Shown here: piece by piece, positions 27,917-41,934 of the stretch
Layout of the letters: every line of letters starts with the position of its first letter
How positions within the stretch are numbered: the stretch's first letter is position 1
Source: Octopus vulgaris
Lineage: Eukaryota
Reading direction: 5' to 3'
NCBI GenBank assembly: GCA_951406725.2
Contig: OX597816.1
Location: forward strand, 133,114,001 to 133,178,000
DNA: 64,000 nt
Notes under the pieces: generated by a model
What the model was told of the DNA's origin: nothing
Database searches by the model: none
The model's input: the letters and a program-made list of their open reading frames with translations, nothing else
Made by a program: the position numbers and the translations under genes

Positions 27917-28084
27917 TACAAGAATATTATTGGCAGTAACTTCGAAGTTTCAGCAGGCTAATTCCTCATCAAACTGAAATGCATTGGAGCTAGTCTTATC
28001 TCTATATAGTCACCGTATAGTCCTCAGTCCAATGATGGGTTAGCTAGCTGAAACTTTCAAGTTACTGTCAACAACATTCTTGTA
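27917..28084. repeat. ~60-bp inverted repeat whose arms are degenerate hammerhead motifs
   Basis: Arms at 27917-27977 and 28024-28084, each reading CAGT..TGA..GAAACT....AGTTACTG. Confidence 0.65.
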
Positions 28085-28104
28085 TAACAATTACATAGAT
28101 ATAT

Positions 28105-28472
<368 letters not shown>

Positions 28473-30803
28473 TCCACACACACACACATGCAAATCAGAA
28501 ATGGAATGTAAAATACTAAAAAAAAACAAAGTAGAGTGTTTGAGGCACTGCTCCAGTGTGGTCAGGTCTTAGAATGTATCTACTAAAAATCTTAGGAACT
28601 AAGTATCCATACATATGAACCAACTCATTTTTGTATACTTATACATATACACACATACAGACACACATATATACTTAAATCAAGTCAAAATAGTTCAAAT
28701 GAAAAAAACAAACTTCCAAAAATTTGAATTATCAACATTTTAAGATTCTCCCAGCTACTTAGCTCATGCAATTTCAAACTTTATGACCCTCAGTTTCTCA
28801 TATATATCCTTATCCAGAATCTTTCCTGTCAAAATCAATATATTTCACCAGCATCCTTCTCATATTATAACCAAATATGTTGCCTATAATAAAATGGAAT
28901 TTTTAATAATAATAAACCTTAAATGATAAGATTTTCTTAAAATCAAAGCAAACAGCTCTTTCATCAAACCATATTTGATTCTAAGAATCCTCCATGCTAA
29001 ACTCCATTTCTTCTCAATATCCCATTTTTTATTTATTCATTTATTTTTATTTCAATTTTAATTTTATTTTTATTTATTTATTTTTTTGCATTATCAAAAA
29101 TCTTTTGCTAAGTACAAAAATTATCATATCATTGACCTACATTTTCTTTTAGGTTTTCAGCATGCATATCAACAAAAATTAGCAAGGAGACTGCATTTGT
29201 AACTTGCAAAAAAACAACAGCTAAATCTCTGTTAAGCTTCACTTAACCGTCTTTCAAAGGGAAGGATGCATTAGCTAATGTAACCATAGATACCACTGTC
29301 TGAAAAAAATGATTGGATGATTCTGGTGGAAATATCTTAGATAATACAACTGCTCTGTCAGACTTAACATAAAGCTGAAAAATAATTACAAAGATATACA
29401 TTACTCTCTTTGAAATTTGTAATGTTAAATACAATTACTTAACCAATCTTCTCTGCATCCTTTGTAGTTATCTTTTTATTGATCTTCAATATATCTATAT
29501 TGGTATTCAAACTAAAACTTCTAGATTCCACAGTACTTTATGAATTACAACCACAAATAACATGCCTTACATTGTTTTCCCATTTTTTTAAAGTTTGTTT
29601 GATGCTTTTGTTTACTTTAAAGTCCAGTAAATATTTCATGATAAAAAGACTAAAATAATTATGTTAGTGAATGCATGCCTCTTTTTTTTTTTCTCCACTA
29701 AAACCATAGTGTAATTTTACTTAGGTATTTTGCCTCTGCAAAATGATTTATTCATCATGTAAAAGAGATAGTTTCAAATAACATGCCATTATTTTGTGGT
29801 GGAAGCTAACAAAGTTCACATAAATACATTCATTATGGCAGTCTTAGCAGTTTTACCTGACAGTCAATGTTATGAACCATTTTACAGAATTGCATGAATT
29901 ACTAAAAGCAATGCCATTAAGAAAATGATATGTAATTCCTGGCAGTATTTATTTTCGATCTTTGGCTATTTGTGTCAATAGTTAGTCTTTGGTAAAAATA
30001 ATTACATTTTAGAAAAGAAATAATCACATTTTAGAAAATACCTGTTTGAAAGAATCTTGATTCATGTTTCATTTTCTACTGCAAATCTGTCCACTCATTG
30101 GTCAGTTCAACTGTTTACCATTTTATGTTACTGATCAAGCAGCTTATAGCTTATTTCAGAGCTGATGTAATCTTTATTGATTCAACAGCTTTTTCTATCT
30201 CAGATTATAAACAGATGGCCTATTATTCAAAAGTGTATGTACAAATTCAAATGAGCAGCTCAAGCAACACATTAAGATTTATGAAAAGTTGCATTAAAAG
30301 TAGATAATTCCAACTATGGTGAATATATTAATAACTATTCGACTTTCTATGATATTCATTTTAAGAATTACAAAGAAATTAATCCTTTCTTTTGTCCAAC
30401 TTAAGTAGTAATAGATTCTTCCTTGTGTAACAGTTTGTGTCCATTAGGATTTCATCTTTGAAATTCTCAGATAACCCCTTACTAATATTAGTTATTATTG
30501 TGCTAAAAAACATTTTTAATGTTATAAAACTATTTTTTGAAATCTTCTGGATATCCTAAATAATAAAAAAGTAAACTTCAGATTACAATTCTGTGGTTTC
30601 AGTTTGAAGATTAGCTCAATCAAAACAAAGATGTCATGACTATCAAATTACATAGAGTGACATTAGAAAACAAAAATAATGTAATAAGAGGTAATATTTA
30701 TCCCCACTTAAATGTGAATGTTCTATTAGAACAAACTATACTGCCGTAGATACTATAAGAGAAACTCTCTTACTGGCTTGTTCTTGTCAATGATGGACAC
30801 TCT

Positions 30804-31073
30804 CATGGGCCCAGGAACAGGGGGTGTAGAGGGTGCATGTGCACCTCCTAAAATTTTCGTTGGGTGCAAAATCAACATTTGCATCCCTACTTACTTTCCT
30901 GAAGTTTAGAAAACAGTGCGTAAAAAGAGATCTATAAAAAGTAGCTTGAAGTTAGGTTTCTTCTCAAAGAACAAAGAATAAAAATGGATAAATAAAAACA
31001 ATAAAAACTTATTTGTAAAAAACTTTGGACCTGGGTTTGCACCCCCAAAGCAAATCTCATTCCAGAGCCAGTG
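30804..31073. mobile_element. hAT-like MITE
   Basis: Imperfect 14-bp TIRs starting CA and ending TG; 8-bp TSD gacactct/aacactct. Confidence 0.75.
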
Positions 31074-31789
31074 AACACTCTACTGTTAGAGGTAGTGGAT
31101 GAGCGTCTATCATTGACAAGACCAAAGAAGGTCAAAACCACATGATCTCCATACTGGAGATGGCAGGGATTTATATGCCTGCTAACAATATAAACAAGAG
31201 TGCATTTTGCTCCATAAACCAAAATAAGAGTTTTTTCTCATGGTACCTATCACAGTATAGTTTTTTCTAACAGAACATTCACAAGTGAGGATAGATATTA
31301 CATTTTGGTATTCATACTGCCTCTGCTGATTATGTATAATAATGTAACAAATGTATTGCATTGAAATTCAATGCATTTTGTGATTTCTCTAAATACACTG
31401 TTAATAATACTGTCTCCAAGAATATCATTGTTTCATGTTTGGCAATAGATTACAAAGAATACCTAACTGCAAGGAAGTAATTGGCATTTTATATTTGGAA
31501 ATACATTTCTTCGAATATATAAGTGGAGATGTTTCAATGCCATGTATCATATTATTAAATGTTTTTCAAGGATAAGTGAGAATGATAAGAACAGCTTGAA
31601 TGAATGGACCAACTTTCAGCATCTGCTTGTAGACCAAGGAATACAACTAAGAATAGACACATACACTCAATAGTCAGAGTAATTGTGGATCTGTAGGGTC
31701 TCTTAATTATCCTTTGATGATAGTCCTTGTTTTGTTACATGTCCCTGTAATGAACCCTTATCTATTACCCCTGTGGTTATAATAAAGAT

Positions 31790-32800
31790 TACTGGTGGAT
31801 TGATGGAACCATTAGAGAGACAAAAAATTTGCTTTGCAGTATTTCTTCTGTTTCTTTATATTCTGCATTTAAATTTTAATGAGTCCAACTCTGCCTTTTA
31901 TCCTTCTGAGGCTGATAAAATGAAATATCAGTCAAGTGCTGGGATCAATGTAATTGACTAAACCCGTCCCCACAAAATTGTTGGTTTGTACTTATAAGAA
32001 GCAATTATATTTGGAATAATCATTAGAACATCAAAATGCCCAGTGGTATTTGTTTTGATTCTTTACATTCTGAGTTCAAATCTTGCAGAGATCAACATTG
32101 CTTTTCATCCTTTCAGGGTCAATAAATAAAGTACCAGTCAAGTATTTTAATCCGAAAGTTGATTTACAAAATGACTGAAAGATATCAACTACAGGATTTC
32201 AAACCAAGGTGGCGAGCTGGCAGAAATGTTAACAAGCCAGCTGAAATGTTTAGCAGTATTTTGTCTGCCTTTACGTTCTGAGTTCAAATTCTGCTGGGGT
32301 CGATAAATTAAATACCAGATTGACCCCTTCCCCCAAAATTTTGGGCCTTGTGCTTAGAGTAGGAAAGAATACTGATTCCAAATTTTGGTGCGAGGTCAGC
32401 AATTTTGGTGTTGGAAGTAAGTTGCTCAGCTGGTACTTATTTTATTGACCGAAAAAGGTTGAAAGGTGAGGTCAACTATGGTGGAATTTGATCTCAGAAT
32501 GTAAAGATGGATGAAATGCCTCTAAGCATTTGCCTGGTGTTCTAATGATTCTGCCAGCTCAGCACCCTAGGACTCCCATTAATATTAGTTACAGACCTAA
32601 AATAGTAAGCGGGTAGAATTGTTAGCAATACCAGCCAAAATGCTTAGTGGCATTTCATCTGCATGTACATTCAAATTCCGCCAAGGTCCACTTTGCCTTT
32701 CATTCTTTTGGGGTCGATAAAATAGATACCAGTTGAACACTGGGGTTGATGTAATCAACCAGACCTTGCCCTGAAATTGCTGACCCTGTGCCAAAATTTG
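31790..32800. mobile_element. Cluster of about five tRNA-derived SINEs (family B) in mixed orientation
   Basis: Repeated gagctggcagaa..ttctgagttcaaat..gcctttcatcctt..gtaccag. Confidence 0.75.
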
Positions 32801-33032
32801 AAATTAATATCAATTGCAGACTTATACTCCTATTTTCATCCACCTTCCCCACCAAACCAAGATTTACCACTGACCATACCCTTTACTCGTGTCCACCCTT
32901 CATTGCAATCACTTGTATCCCTATCTCTAATCATCTGTTACTATCCTTTTATACTCTTGAGAACCTTCCCATCCATCCATCTTTAATCCTCTGTCTCTAT
33001 CTTTTCTCTGTCCACCTTCTTGTACCTTGAGA

Positions 33033-33451
33033 CAGTGCTGGATTAACCATTAAGGAAAATGAGCATGTGCTTAGGATATCAAAGAAAGGAAGGCACTACA
33101 GAAATGGCAGATGGTTTATTGCACAAAAGAAATCATTTAAACTTGCTAAAATATTTGGGATGCCCTATCACTACAAAGTATAGAAACAGATGTTACATAA
33201 GATTAATTTTGAGGATCTGAACAAAGGTTGCAATTAAAAAGGTAGGAGAAAACTTTTCAAATATAAATAAGTTGGAAGTATAAAAAAGAAAGGAACCTTA
33301 TTTTTTGTCTTACTGTTAGTTTTGTTATGTTTTTAAAAATAAAAATTTATTTTATAATTTATTATTGTGTTTATTTTGAATTATCTCTACATATGGGAGC
33401 ACCAAAATGTTGTAAGTGTTTAGGGCTTCTATAGATCTTAATCTGGCTCTG
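33033..33451. mobile_element. hAT-like MITE inserted in an older repeat
   Basis: TIRs cagtgctggattaa/ttaatctggctctg. The diverged 8-bp TSD ccttgaga/ttttgagg matches the empty site ccttgagg in the paralogous repeat near 26220. Confidence 0.7.
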
Positions 33452-34587
33452 TTTTGAGGGTTGATCATGACACTTCACCACCATCATCTTTTCACCTTTG
33501 CTAACTGGAGCAGCCATGCAGGTGCTCTATAGCAAGACACCTGTTCCTGTCCCTCTATCCATCATACTTCAGCCTTGCAAAACCTGGCACAGGGCTACAT
33601 CCCTTAATTTTATACCTCTACTTCAACTGAGGGGGTCTTGTCTTGTGAGTTACTTGGTAATCTCACTAGTGCCTGAACTATCGTGAAAAAAGCACCCAGT
33701 ACACTCTGTAAATGGGGTTGGCGTTAGAAAGAGCATTCTGCTATAGAAATCATTCCAAAACAGACATCAGAGCTTAACACAGTCTTCTAGTTCATTGAAT
33801 CCTGTCAAACAGTCCAACCCATGCCAGCATGGAAGATGGATGTTAAATGATGAAGATGATGATGAGAGGAGGAGGAGGACAGCAATGATGATGATGATGA
33901 TGATACACTGATAGCACTTGCTTTACGCACACACACACACACACTAATACTGCTAATATAACACATACACCAATACTATTTATATCACACGTGAACTAAT
34001 ACTACACATACCAAACTACTAATTATACACATACCCACACATACACACCAACCAATATTACTAATGATATACTCGCTTCAATACTACTAATAATATATCC
34101 GTACCAATATTATTCACACTACACAGACATAACAATTTTATTGATACTACACACATATATAGAGAGGCTTTTTACTAGCAAACAAGACTTTAGAACATTT
34201 AGTACATATAAGAGAATAAACAAGACAGAATTAAAAAAATCAATTCAATTTGGTTTACAAATAGAAAATCATTTAGCAAATATTTGATTTTAGTATTTTT
34301 AAAAACAGAGTTTATAAATATATGTGCAGTGTATACGAAATATGCATGTGTATAAAAACAAATGTTGTGCATAGACCACATCAGACAGCAACAGAAATAT
34401 AAATAGGTGGGGGAGGGGTCACACAAATTAAGCTCTACTATTAACCGGTCAAGTAGCCATACCAACATTTGCTAGTCAGTCAATCCAGTCACTTACTCAC
34501 TCACTCACTCGCTCACTCAATCACTCACTCAATCAGTTACTCAATTACTCACGCAGTTCACTCATTCACTCACTTAATCACTGCCAG

Positions 34588-34763
34588 TTTTAACGTCAAG
34601 TGCTTCAACAATGGGTTCTGCTGAATGTATGGATTGTGATGAGCTAGCAGCTATTCAGTTAGCTACTGGTGAAAAATTCTCACAAAATTTCTATGCAGCC
34701 AATGACAGTGTCGATACTCTACTGCGTCATATCCGTTTTGGTAAACGTCAGATGACTACGTAA
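34588..34763 (+). CDS. Candidate coding exon, possible RFamide neuropeptide precursor (..LTSSASTMGSAECMDCDELAAIQLATGEKFSQNFYAANDSVDTLLRHIRFGKRQMTT*)
   Basis: Branch-like cttaat plus CAG acceptor at 34585-87 and an open, non-repetitive frame. RF-GKR amidation/cleavage signal, local CpG retention, and possible donors at 34741 and 34760. Confidence 0.4.
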
Positions 34764-35062
34764 GAAACGATACAGTAGTACCTGAATTTTAGTTCAAAAA
34801 TGGTAACAAAAAGAAATAGCAAATGATAATGAAGATGATGATGGTCTGTTAGAGTTTGTGGAGAAAAATCTATTTATGTGTGCGTCAGTGTGTGTGTGTA
34901 TGTGTGTGTATACAATGTATGCGTGTGCATGTGTGTTTGCATGTAATGTATGTGTGTGTATATGTGTGTATATGTAAATAGGATTGTTTGTTGTAAATAC
35001 AATAGTAGTAAATTTTACTGACTTGAATAACTTAGATACACACACACACATATGTATGTTTG

Positions 35063-35116
<54 letters not shown>

Positions 35117-35235
35117 TATATATGCAGCTTTATGTATATGTATGTTTGTCCATACATATATATACACACACATTTATATATAGTTGCATAGTATATTCTG
35201 GGTTATAGTACATACATACATATATATATATATAT

Positions 35236-35720
35236 CATCATCGTCATCATCATCATCATCGTTTAATGTCCGCTTTCCATGCTAGCATGGGTTGGACGGT
35301 TCAACTGGAGTCTGGGAAGCCCGAAGGCTGCACCAGGCCAGTCAAATCTGGCGGTGTTTCTACAGCTGGATGCCCTTCCTAACGCTAACCACTCCGTGAG
35401 TGTAGTGGGTGCTTTTTATGTGCCACCGACACAGGTGCCAGACGAGGCTGGCAAACGGCCACGCTCGGATGGTGTTTTTTACGTGCCACCGGCACGGAGG
35501 CCAGGCGAGGCTGGCACAGCCACGATTGGAGGGTGTTTGTTACGTGCCAGCAGCACGGAGGCCAGTCAATGCGGTGCTGGCTAAGGCCACGTTCGGAAGG
35601 TTCTCTTATGTGCCACCGGCACTGGTACCACAAACTACAAATTCCATTGATGTGGATCGATTTTGATTTTGATTTGATTCTTTGATTTTGATTTTCACTT
35701 GCCTCAACAGGTCTTCAACA
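35236..35720 (-). mobile_element. RTE LINE 3' UTR with internal tandem repeats and (GAT)n tail
   Basis: Reverse-complement match to 44840-45277. Confidence 0.75.
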
Positions 35721-36239
35721 TATACAAACGTGTATGTATATGTGTGTGTGTGTGTGTGTGTTTGTGTGTGTGTGTTTGTGTGTGGGTGAAGGCATGGCTG
35801 TGTAGTTGAGAATTTTACTTCCAAACCTGGTTTCAGGTTCAGTACCATTGTGTGGCATCTTGAGCAAGTGTCTTCTATAGCTTAGGGCTGGTGAAAGGTT
35901 TGTTAGTGGATTTAGGCAGAAAATGAAAGAAGCTCGTGTGTGTGTGAATTTATATATGTATATGTTTGTGCTTGAATGTGTGTGTGTTAGTATCACCTTG
36001 GCTTGACAGTGTACGTAGTTGTTGTAAATGAGCATCACTATCATTTTAGCAATATTCTCTGTTTTCAATTCTCTGTGAAAACATATCCAGCCAGGAGGAA
36101 ATATTATCTTACCTGGAAATAAGTGAAGGTGAGTGTTGGCAACAAGAAGGGAATTCAACAATTGAAAATTTGCCTCAAGGAGTCCCATCTAATCCAGTGC
36201 AAGCGTAGAAAAGTGGACTGTAAAATGATGATGATGATT

Positions 36240-36274
<35 letters not shown>

Positions 36275-36287
36275 GACGATGATTTAT

Positions 36288-36820
36288 ACAGGGTGTTTTG
36301 GCTTATTTAAAAGGAAAAGAAAACAATATCTTCTTCAGAAATAAATGTATCTTCAAAAAAATCAAAAACCATCAACTACACTTTGGCTGGGAGATAACTG
36401 TTTGCTTAATCTTTTTGTAACTGTATTTCTGTTGAAAAATACTGCCTTTCCTTCAATTAATTTTTTAAAATACCAAAGAATTTAAGTGAAATAACATTAT
36501 CATTATTAAGCTGGTGTTTGGAGCATAAATTAACATGAAATTTTGATGGAAAAGGTCACTTTAAAGCATGAAGCATATTCATAAAAACAAGAGTGGCCTC
36601 AGGCAGGTTGGTATCAAATGGGTTAAAGTAGCTGTCCTCAGCATCCACCACAGCATCAAAATGGCTCTGGAACTTGACACATACATTTCTCATTGTGTCC
36701 TTGGGAAAATCTTCAGACATCTCCTTGATTTTGGTCGCCATTTCAGCCTTGGAGTTTGCAGGTAGAGAGGCTGGTGTCTTTGTTGACCACACCCCACACA
36801 TAGTATTCAATGGGATCAAT
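36288..36820 (-). mobile_element. Tc1-like 3' fragment containing a piggyBac-like MITE of family 2 (36410-36622)
   Basis: TA-CAGGGTG end and a PL..VWG-like region followed by KIKEMSEDFPKDTMRNVC..AVVDAEDSYF. The insert is bounded by TTAA at 36406 and 36623. Confidence 0.7.
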
Positions 36821-37049
36821 GATGATGATGATGATGATGACTATGATATACATATATGCATACATGTGTGCACACATGAACACACACAGTCACACATATA
36901 TATATATGAGTTTTTACCCAATATTTATATGCTAGTATTTATAGCTTTGTATATGTTTTAAGACAAATACCCACAAAAAGATTTATTTCATGTTCTCTTG
37001 AAAGTTCATAAAATTCTTTTGATCTCAGAAATATATATATATATATTAA

Positions 37050-37344
37050 GGAATGGAGTAGATAAGATCTGGGCTATGCAAGGAGGTACATGTTAACACT
37101 TGGAAGATTCAATCAGAATGTTTGAAGATCTTCCCAGGGACAAAATGAGAATTCAATCAGAGTCTGATTGAATCTTCCATGTGTTAACATGTACTGCCTT
37201 GCGACAATGTAAACTTTCATTTAATCAAGACATCCTTGACCTGAAGAGCAGCCTGCAGTATACACATCATTTGGATATTTGGATATTTCCAAGGTTCCAC
37301 TCTCTATGAGACCTATGTAGCCTAGATCTTATCTGTTCCATTCC
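37050..37344. mobile_element. Kolobok-like MITE with internal fold-back
   Basis: TTAA flanks, GG..CC termini, ~27-bp TIR (ggaatggagtagataagatctgggcta / tagcctagatcttatctgttccattcc). Confidence 0.65.
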
Positions 37345-37681
37345 TTAACTCTTGTATTTTTATTTGCATACTCGGCAACTCTACCATGAAATATTAAAAG
37401 AACTTTTTTCAATTTCTCATACTTCAATAAAAAAAAATCCACAACCTTCCAACTCAATAAACCATTATTGCGTCTGAAAGTTGTTTTTTATATTTACTAC
37501 AGTTTGCTCGAAGATAACTTTCTTCCTACACCTCAATCCTTGAATCTTGTATATATGTATGTCTGTACGTATGTATGTATGTGTATGTATGTATGTATAT
37601 GTATGTGTGTATATATATATATATATGTGTGTGATTGTGTGTGTATATATGTATATATATGTGTGTGTGTGTGTATATATG

Positions 37682-37727
<46 letters not shown>

Positions 37728-37729
37728 CA

Positions 37730-38350
37730 CGCAAGGGGAAGTCAAAAATTATCTGCACTTTCACCATAGCATATCTTTATTATTGTCACACTGCCTTCTG
37801 CACATGCGTGCTTATAGTTGGTACTATTGTGGTTATATAATCGAAGTTTGAGCCTGATTGCACTATTTTTCTTTCTTGCTTTACAGTGTAAGCATGGCCA
37901 CTCCTGCTAGCAAAATGTGCACCAAAGAAGAACAAAGAGAAATGATCTGATTTCCCTGGCTGGAAGGTATGTCAGGTGCTAAAATTTATAGAAGGCTTTT
38001 AGCACAATTGGTTAATGCTTTCAACAGTTTTGGGCAGCCACATGTGGTTGTGCATTGTAATGCAACAATAAAACTTTCTTCAACAATAGGTTTCAGCATT
38101 TGGTGCAAATTACTGGTTTCAGTTTGTTGGGCAGCAAAGCATTGTATCTTGCACAGTTGATCATACACTCCTTTTCCAGCATCTTGACACACCAGAGAAA
38201 TTGGATCACTGTTCTTTGTCCTCCTTTGGTGCACATTGCTTGTGGAGTGGCTATCAGAAAGAAAAATTATGCGATCTGGTTCAAACTTTGATCACATGGC
38301 CACAATAGTACCAACTTCAAGCACTCATGCACAGACGGCAGTGTGACAAT
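37730..38350. mobile_element. Two convergent mariner 5' fragments
   Basis: CTKEEQREMI*F..LEGMSGAKIYRRLLAQ on plus; a related tgtgcaccaaag start on minus near 38235. Confidence 0.55.
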
Positions 38351-38826
38351 AACAAAGATAGGTAATGGTGAAAATGCAGATGGAAGATGATGATGATGAT
38401 GATGATGATATATATTTATGTATGACTTTGTGTCTGTCTTTGTCCCTCCACCACTGCTTGACAAACGGCATTGGTGTGTTCACATCCCCATAAGTTGAGT
38501 TCAGCAAAAGGGACCAATAGAATAAGTGCCAGCCATTAGTAAAATAAGTACTGAGGTCAGTTCATTTGACTAAAACTCTTCAAGGTAGTGTCCCAACAAG
38601 GCTGCAGTCTAATGACTGAAACAAGAAAACGTAAAAGATATAAAAGATAAAAGATATATAAATATGTGTTTTCCAACATGGAGGTGAACAGATTTCTCCA
38701 TGGGATCAGCCTGAAACATTTTTAAGACATAAGGATATTTTCCTCCTTTCCTTAACATGAAACCAATAGTAGCCTTAATCCACCAATGCAATGTTGAGCA
38801 CTCATTTCCATCATTGAACATTTACG

Positions 38827-38858
<32 letters not shown>

Positions 38859-39947
38859 CACGCATGTACATTACATATACATATACATACATATATGCAT
38901 ATATGTATGAATAAATAAATAAATAAATATATATATATATATCTTTGCAGTTTCAGCTGGTTACTCTCAAGACTGCTCTAATCTAGCTGGGCCCAAGAAA
39001 ATCTAACCTAAGAGCTCTAGATTCCTTGGAAGAAATCAAGTAAATGTATATGAAAACAAGGATGACAAATGGAGAAATGGTACACAATTACAAATACAAA
39101 GAACAGGACATTAACAACAGGTATCTTTCAACTAAGGACGAATTAGATTAAGCTGGCGTGTGTGGAAGTGAAACCTTACAGCAGGAATGTAGAAGATGAA
39201 AGTCATGGGAAGAAATATAAGAGATGCTATACAGATGGTAGTTGAACCAAGAAAGAAAGGTCAGGCTTGGCTGAACACCGGTCACATCGAAGGAGAGGAG
39301 AAAGGTAGAGGGTAGAGGGATTGAAGAATTAGGGAGGGATGAGAAAGAGAGAAAAAAGGAAAGGGACAGAGTGAGGTAAAGGAGGAATGAAAGTGATGAT
39401 TATGAAGGGAAGGCCAAGAAATATGAGGGAGGGTGGGAGCAACAAAAAGAAAAGTGGAAGGAATGAAGAAAGTGTGAGGGGGCTAAAGGAAAGAGTAAAA
39501 GAGTCGTTAGACCAAAAGTGTATGTACGCCACTATATGTATATATATTAAAAAAACAAAACAAAAAATGGAACAAGAATGTAACAAGCGACAACAAAACA
39601 TTCAGACAGTTAGACTATACAAAAAAGGACAGGTCATTCAGAGCTTTCAATCTTCAGTTGAGTACCAGATTGTCTTTGCAGTTTCAACCAGTTACTCTCA
39701 AGACTGAGCTAATTTGGTCAGCCCCAAGAAAATCTAAGCTAAGAGCACTAAACTCTTTGGAAGGAAGAAAACAAATGTATAAGAAAACAAAGATGGAAAA
39801 ATTGAAGAAATGGTACACAATTACGAATACAAACAACAGGTGTCTTTTGACTAAGGACGAATTAAATTAAGCTGGTATGTGTGGAAGTGAAGCCTTATGG
39901 CAGGAACATAGTAGTTGAAATTCGCAGGAAGAAATATAAAACAGCTG

Positions 39948-40370
39948 AGGGAACCTGTGGAAGAGTAGACCCAGGAAGACCTGGGATGAGGTGGTAAAGC
40001 ATGACCTTCGAACATTAGGCCTCACTGTGGCAATGGCTAGTGACCGAGACCTTCGGAAATATGCTGTACTTCAGAAAACCCAGCAAGCCAAATGAGACCA
40101 TAACCCATGGTCTATGCCAGTCGTGTAACCAGCCCACTTATGTGTACTTTTCTTTCATTGGACACTAAAATCTGCTTGTGAAGACCTGTTGAGGCAAGTG
40201 AAATTGAAATCAAATTCACTGACATGGCCGATGACAGCACCTACTGACTGGCATCTATGCTAGTGGAACATTAAGAGCACCATCCGAGTGTGATCGTTGC
40301 CAGGGCCACTGACTGGCTCTCATACTGGTGGCACATAAAAAGCACCATTCGAGCGTGATCATTACCACTG
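39948..40370 (+). mobile_element. RTE LINE 3' end fragment
   Basis: RPRKTWDEVVKHDLRTLGL..DRDLRKYAV followed by the 3' UTR. Confidence 0.8.
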
Positions 40371-40374
40371 TCAG

Positions 40375-40914
40375 ACATCGCTCAATCTTCTCACTCATTC
40401 GTTCTTCTTCATCCATCTCAAGTTATAGAGTCAATGCGCTCCCTTCCAAATATAGTGCCATTAGGCTCACCACTTCACTAATGCCTTGCAATCTCACCAC
40501 AAGCTTGATTTTACACATCCAGGCCACTACATTGTCTTCACCATTAAAGGGCCTGATAACATCACTAGTGATCTCAATTTTAGCTGCCATCGTGGTGACG
40601 TCTTTTATGTGGAGTGTCAAAATAGCTTGTAGTGAATGCAGAAGATTAGAAGTAAGACACCTACCTTCGCTTCGTTGGCGCAAACCTGTCGGGTGGTAAT
40701 GTATTCTTCCACGTGGCCTATCCTGAAGTGCTAAAAATAGCAGCTGCCTTCCCTCACCTTGACAAAGCACTGACATGTCTTGCACTCATGGCTTCCCCGA
40801 TTGAAAAGGGTGCAATCTTCGCCCACCTGTATGCACATCACCTGTGCACCATTCCTCTTCCGGTCAGCTCCCACGTTTCAGTCAGCTTCCCAGCCACTGA
40901 TGTCATCCCACAAC
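40375..40914 (-). mobile_element. Gypsy-like LTR retrotransposon 5' fragment (LTR + gag start)
   Basis: TGTTG start at ~40914; gag-like IRPFNGEDNVVAWMCKIKLVVRLQ..MALYLEGSALTL. Confidence 0.6.
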
Positions 40915-41934
40915 ATACACTCACACAAAGTATAATTTGACATAATCAAAAAGAAACATGGCAACTGCTAAGAAACAGCAAATCAAATATGTGTATAAGC
41001 GAAATGATTTGAGGGAAATTTGGCTGCTATATCTAAAGTATTGTTTTTGTGTGTGTTTTTGTGTATGAGTGTGTGTGCACGTGGGTATGTGCATGTGTGC
41101 GTGCATGTGTATGAATATAACCTGATATCAGTAGATACCATCTCATGCCTGTACATTAGATATTACATCTCTTTGATCAAGCTGTTAATTCTTTAAAGAC
41201 TTCTTAATTTAATTTCCATTTATACTGAAAATCATATATGAAGGAGAATACTATCTTCACAGGATCAGACAGGCTCTTGTTACCAAGGCAATAAATATGT
41301 GACCACTACAGTTAATGATGAAAATTAATATGGATATGCATGTATGCATGTATGTCTCCATGTGTGTGTACACATATATATATATGATAGAAGAGACAGT
41401 AAAATCTCCATGCAGAGTGGAGTATTTATGTATGTATATATGTATGTGTGTGTATGAATGTGCGTGTCTGTATTTGTGTATGTATGTATGTATGTATTGC
41501 ATTATTCAGTTTATTTCAAGATTCCTTGCCAATAGGGAAAGAGCTGGTTTCTAACCTAGATCCAAGGCTCCTTTATTGGAATTTCAACATCAACAACAGG
41601 GTGTCTTTGTTTGTATGTATGTATGTATGTAAATCGACCCCAAGACTTATTTTTTGTAAGCCTTGTACTTATTCTATTGGGGTCTTTTGCTGAACTGCTG
41701 GTATGACATATATATATGATGCACTTTCAGTTTCTGTCTACCAAATCAACTCACAAGGACTTGGTTGGCCCGAGGCTATAGTAGAAGACACTTGCCCAGA
41801 ACCATGTGGTTGGTAAGCAAGCTACTTACCACACAGCCACTCCTGCACCTATACATCCATACTTACCACACAGCCACTGTATGTATACATGCAGATTTGT
41901 ATGTTTTGTTTTATGTATGTCTTCTCATGCAAAT

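Noticed and set aside
34709-34774. Hairpin as miRNA, SECIS or snoRNA
   Set aside because: The helices are short and interrupted, and no complete motif set is present.
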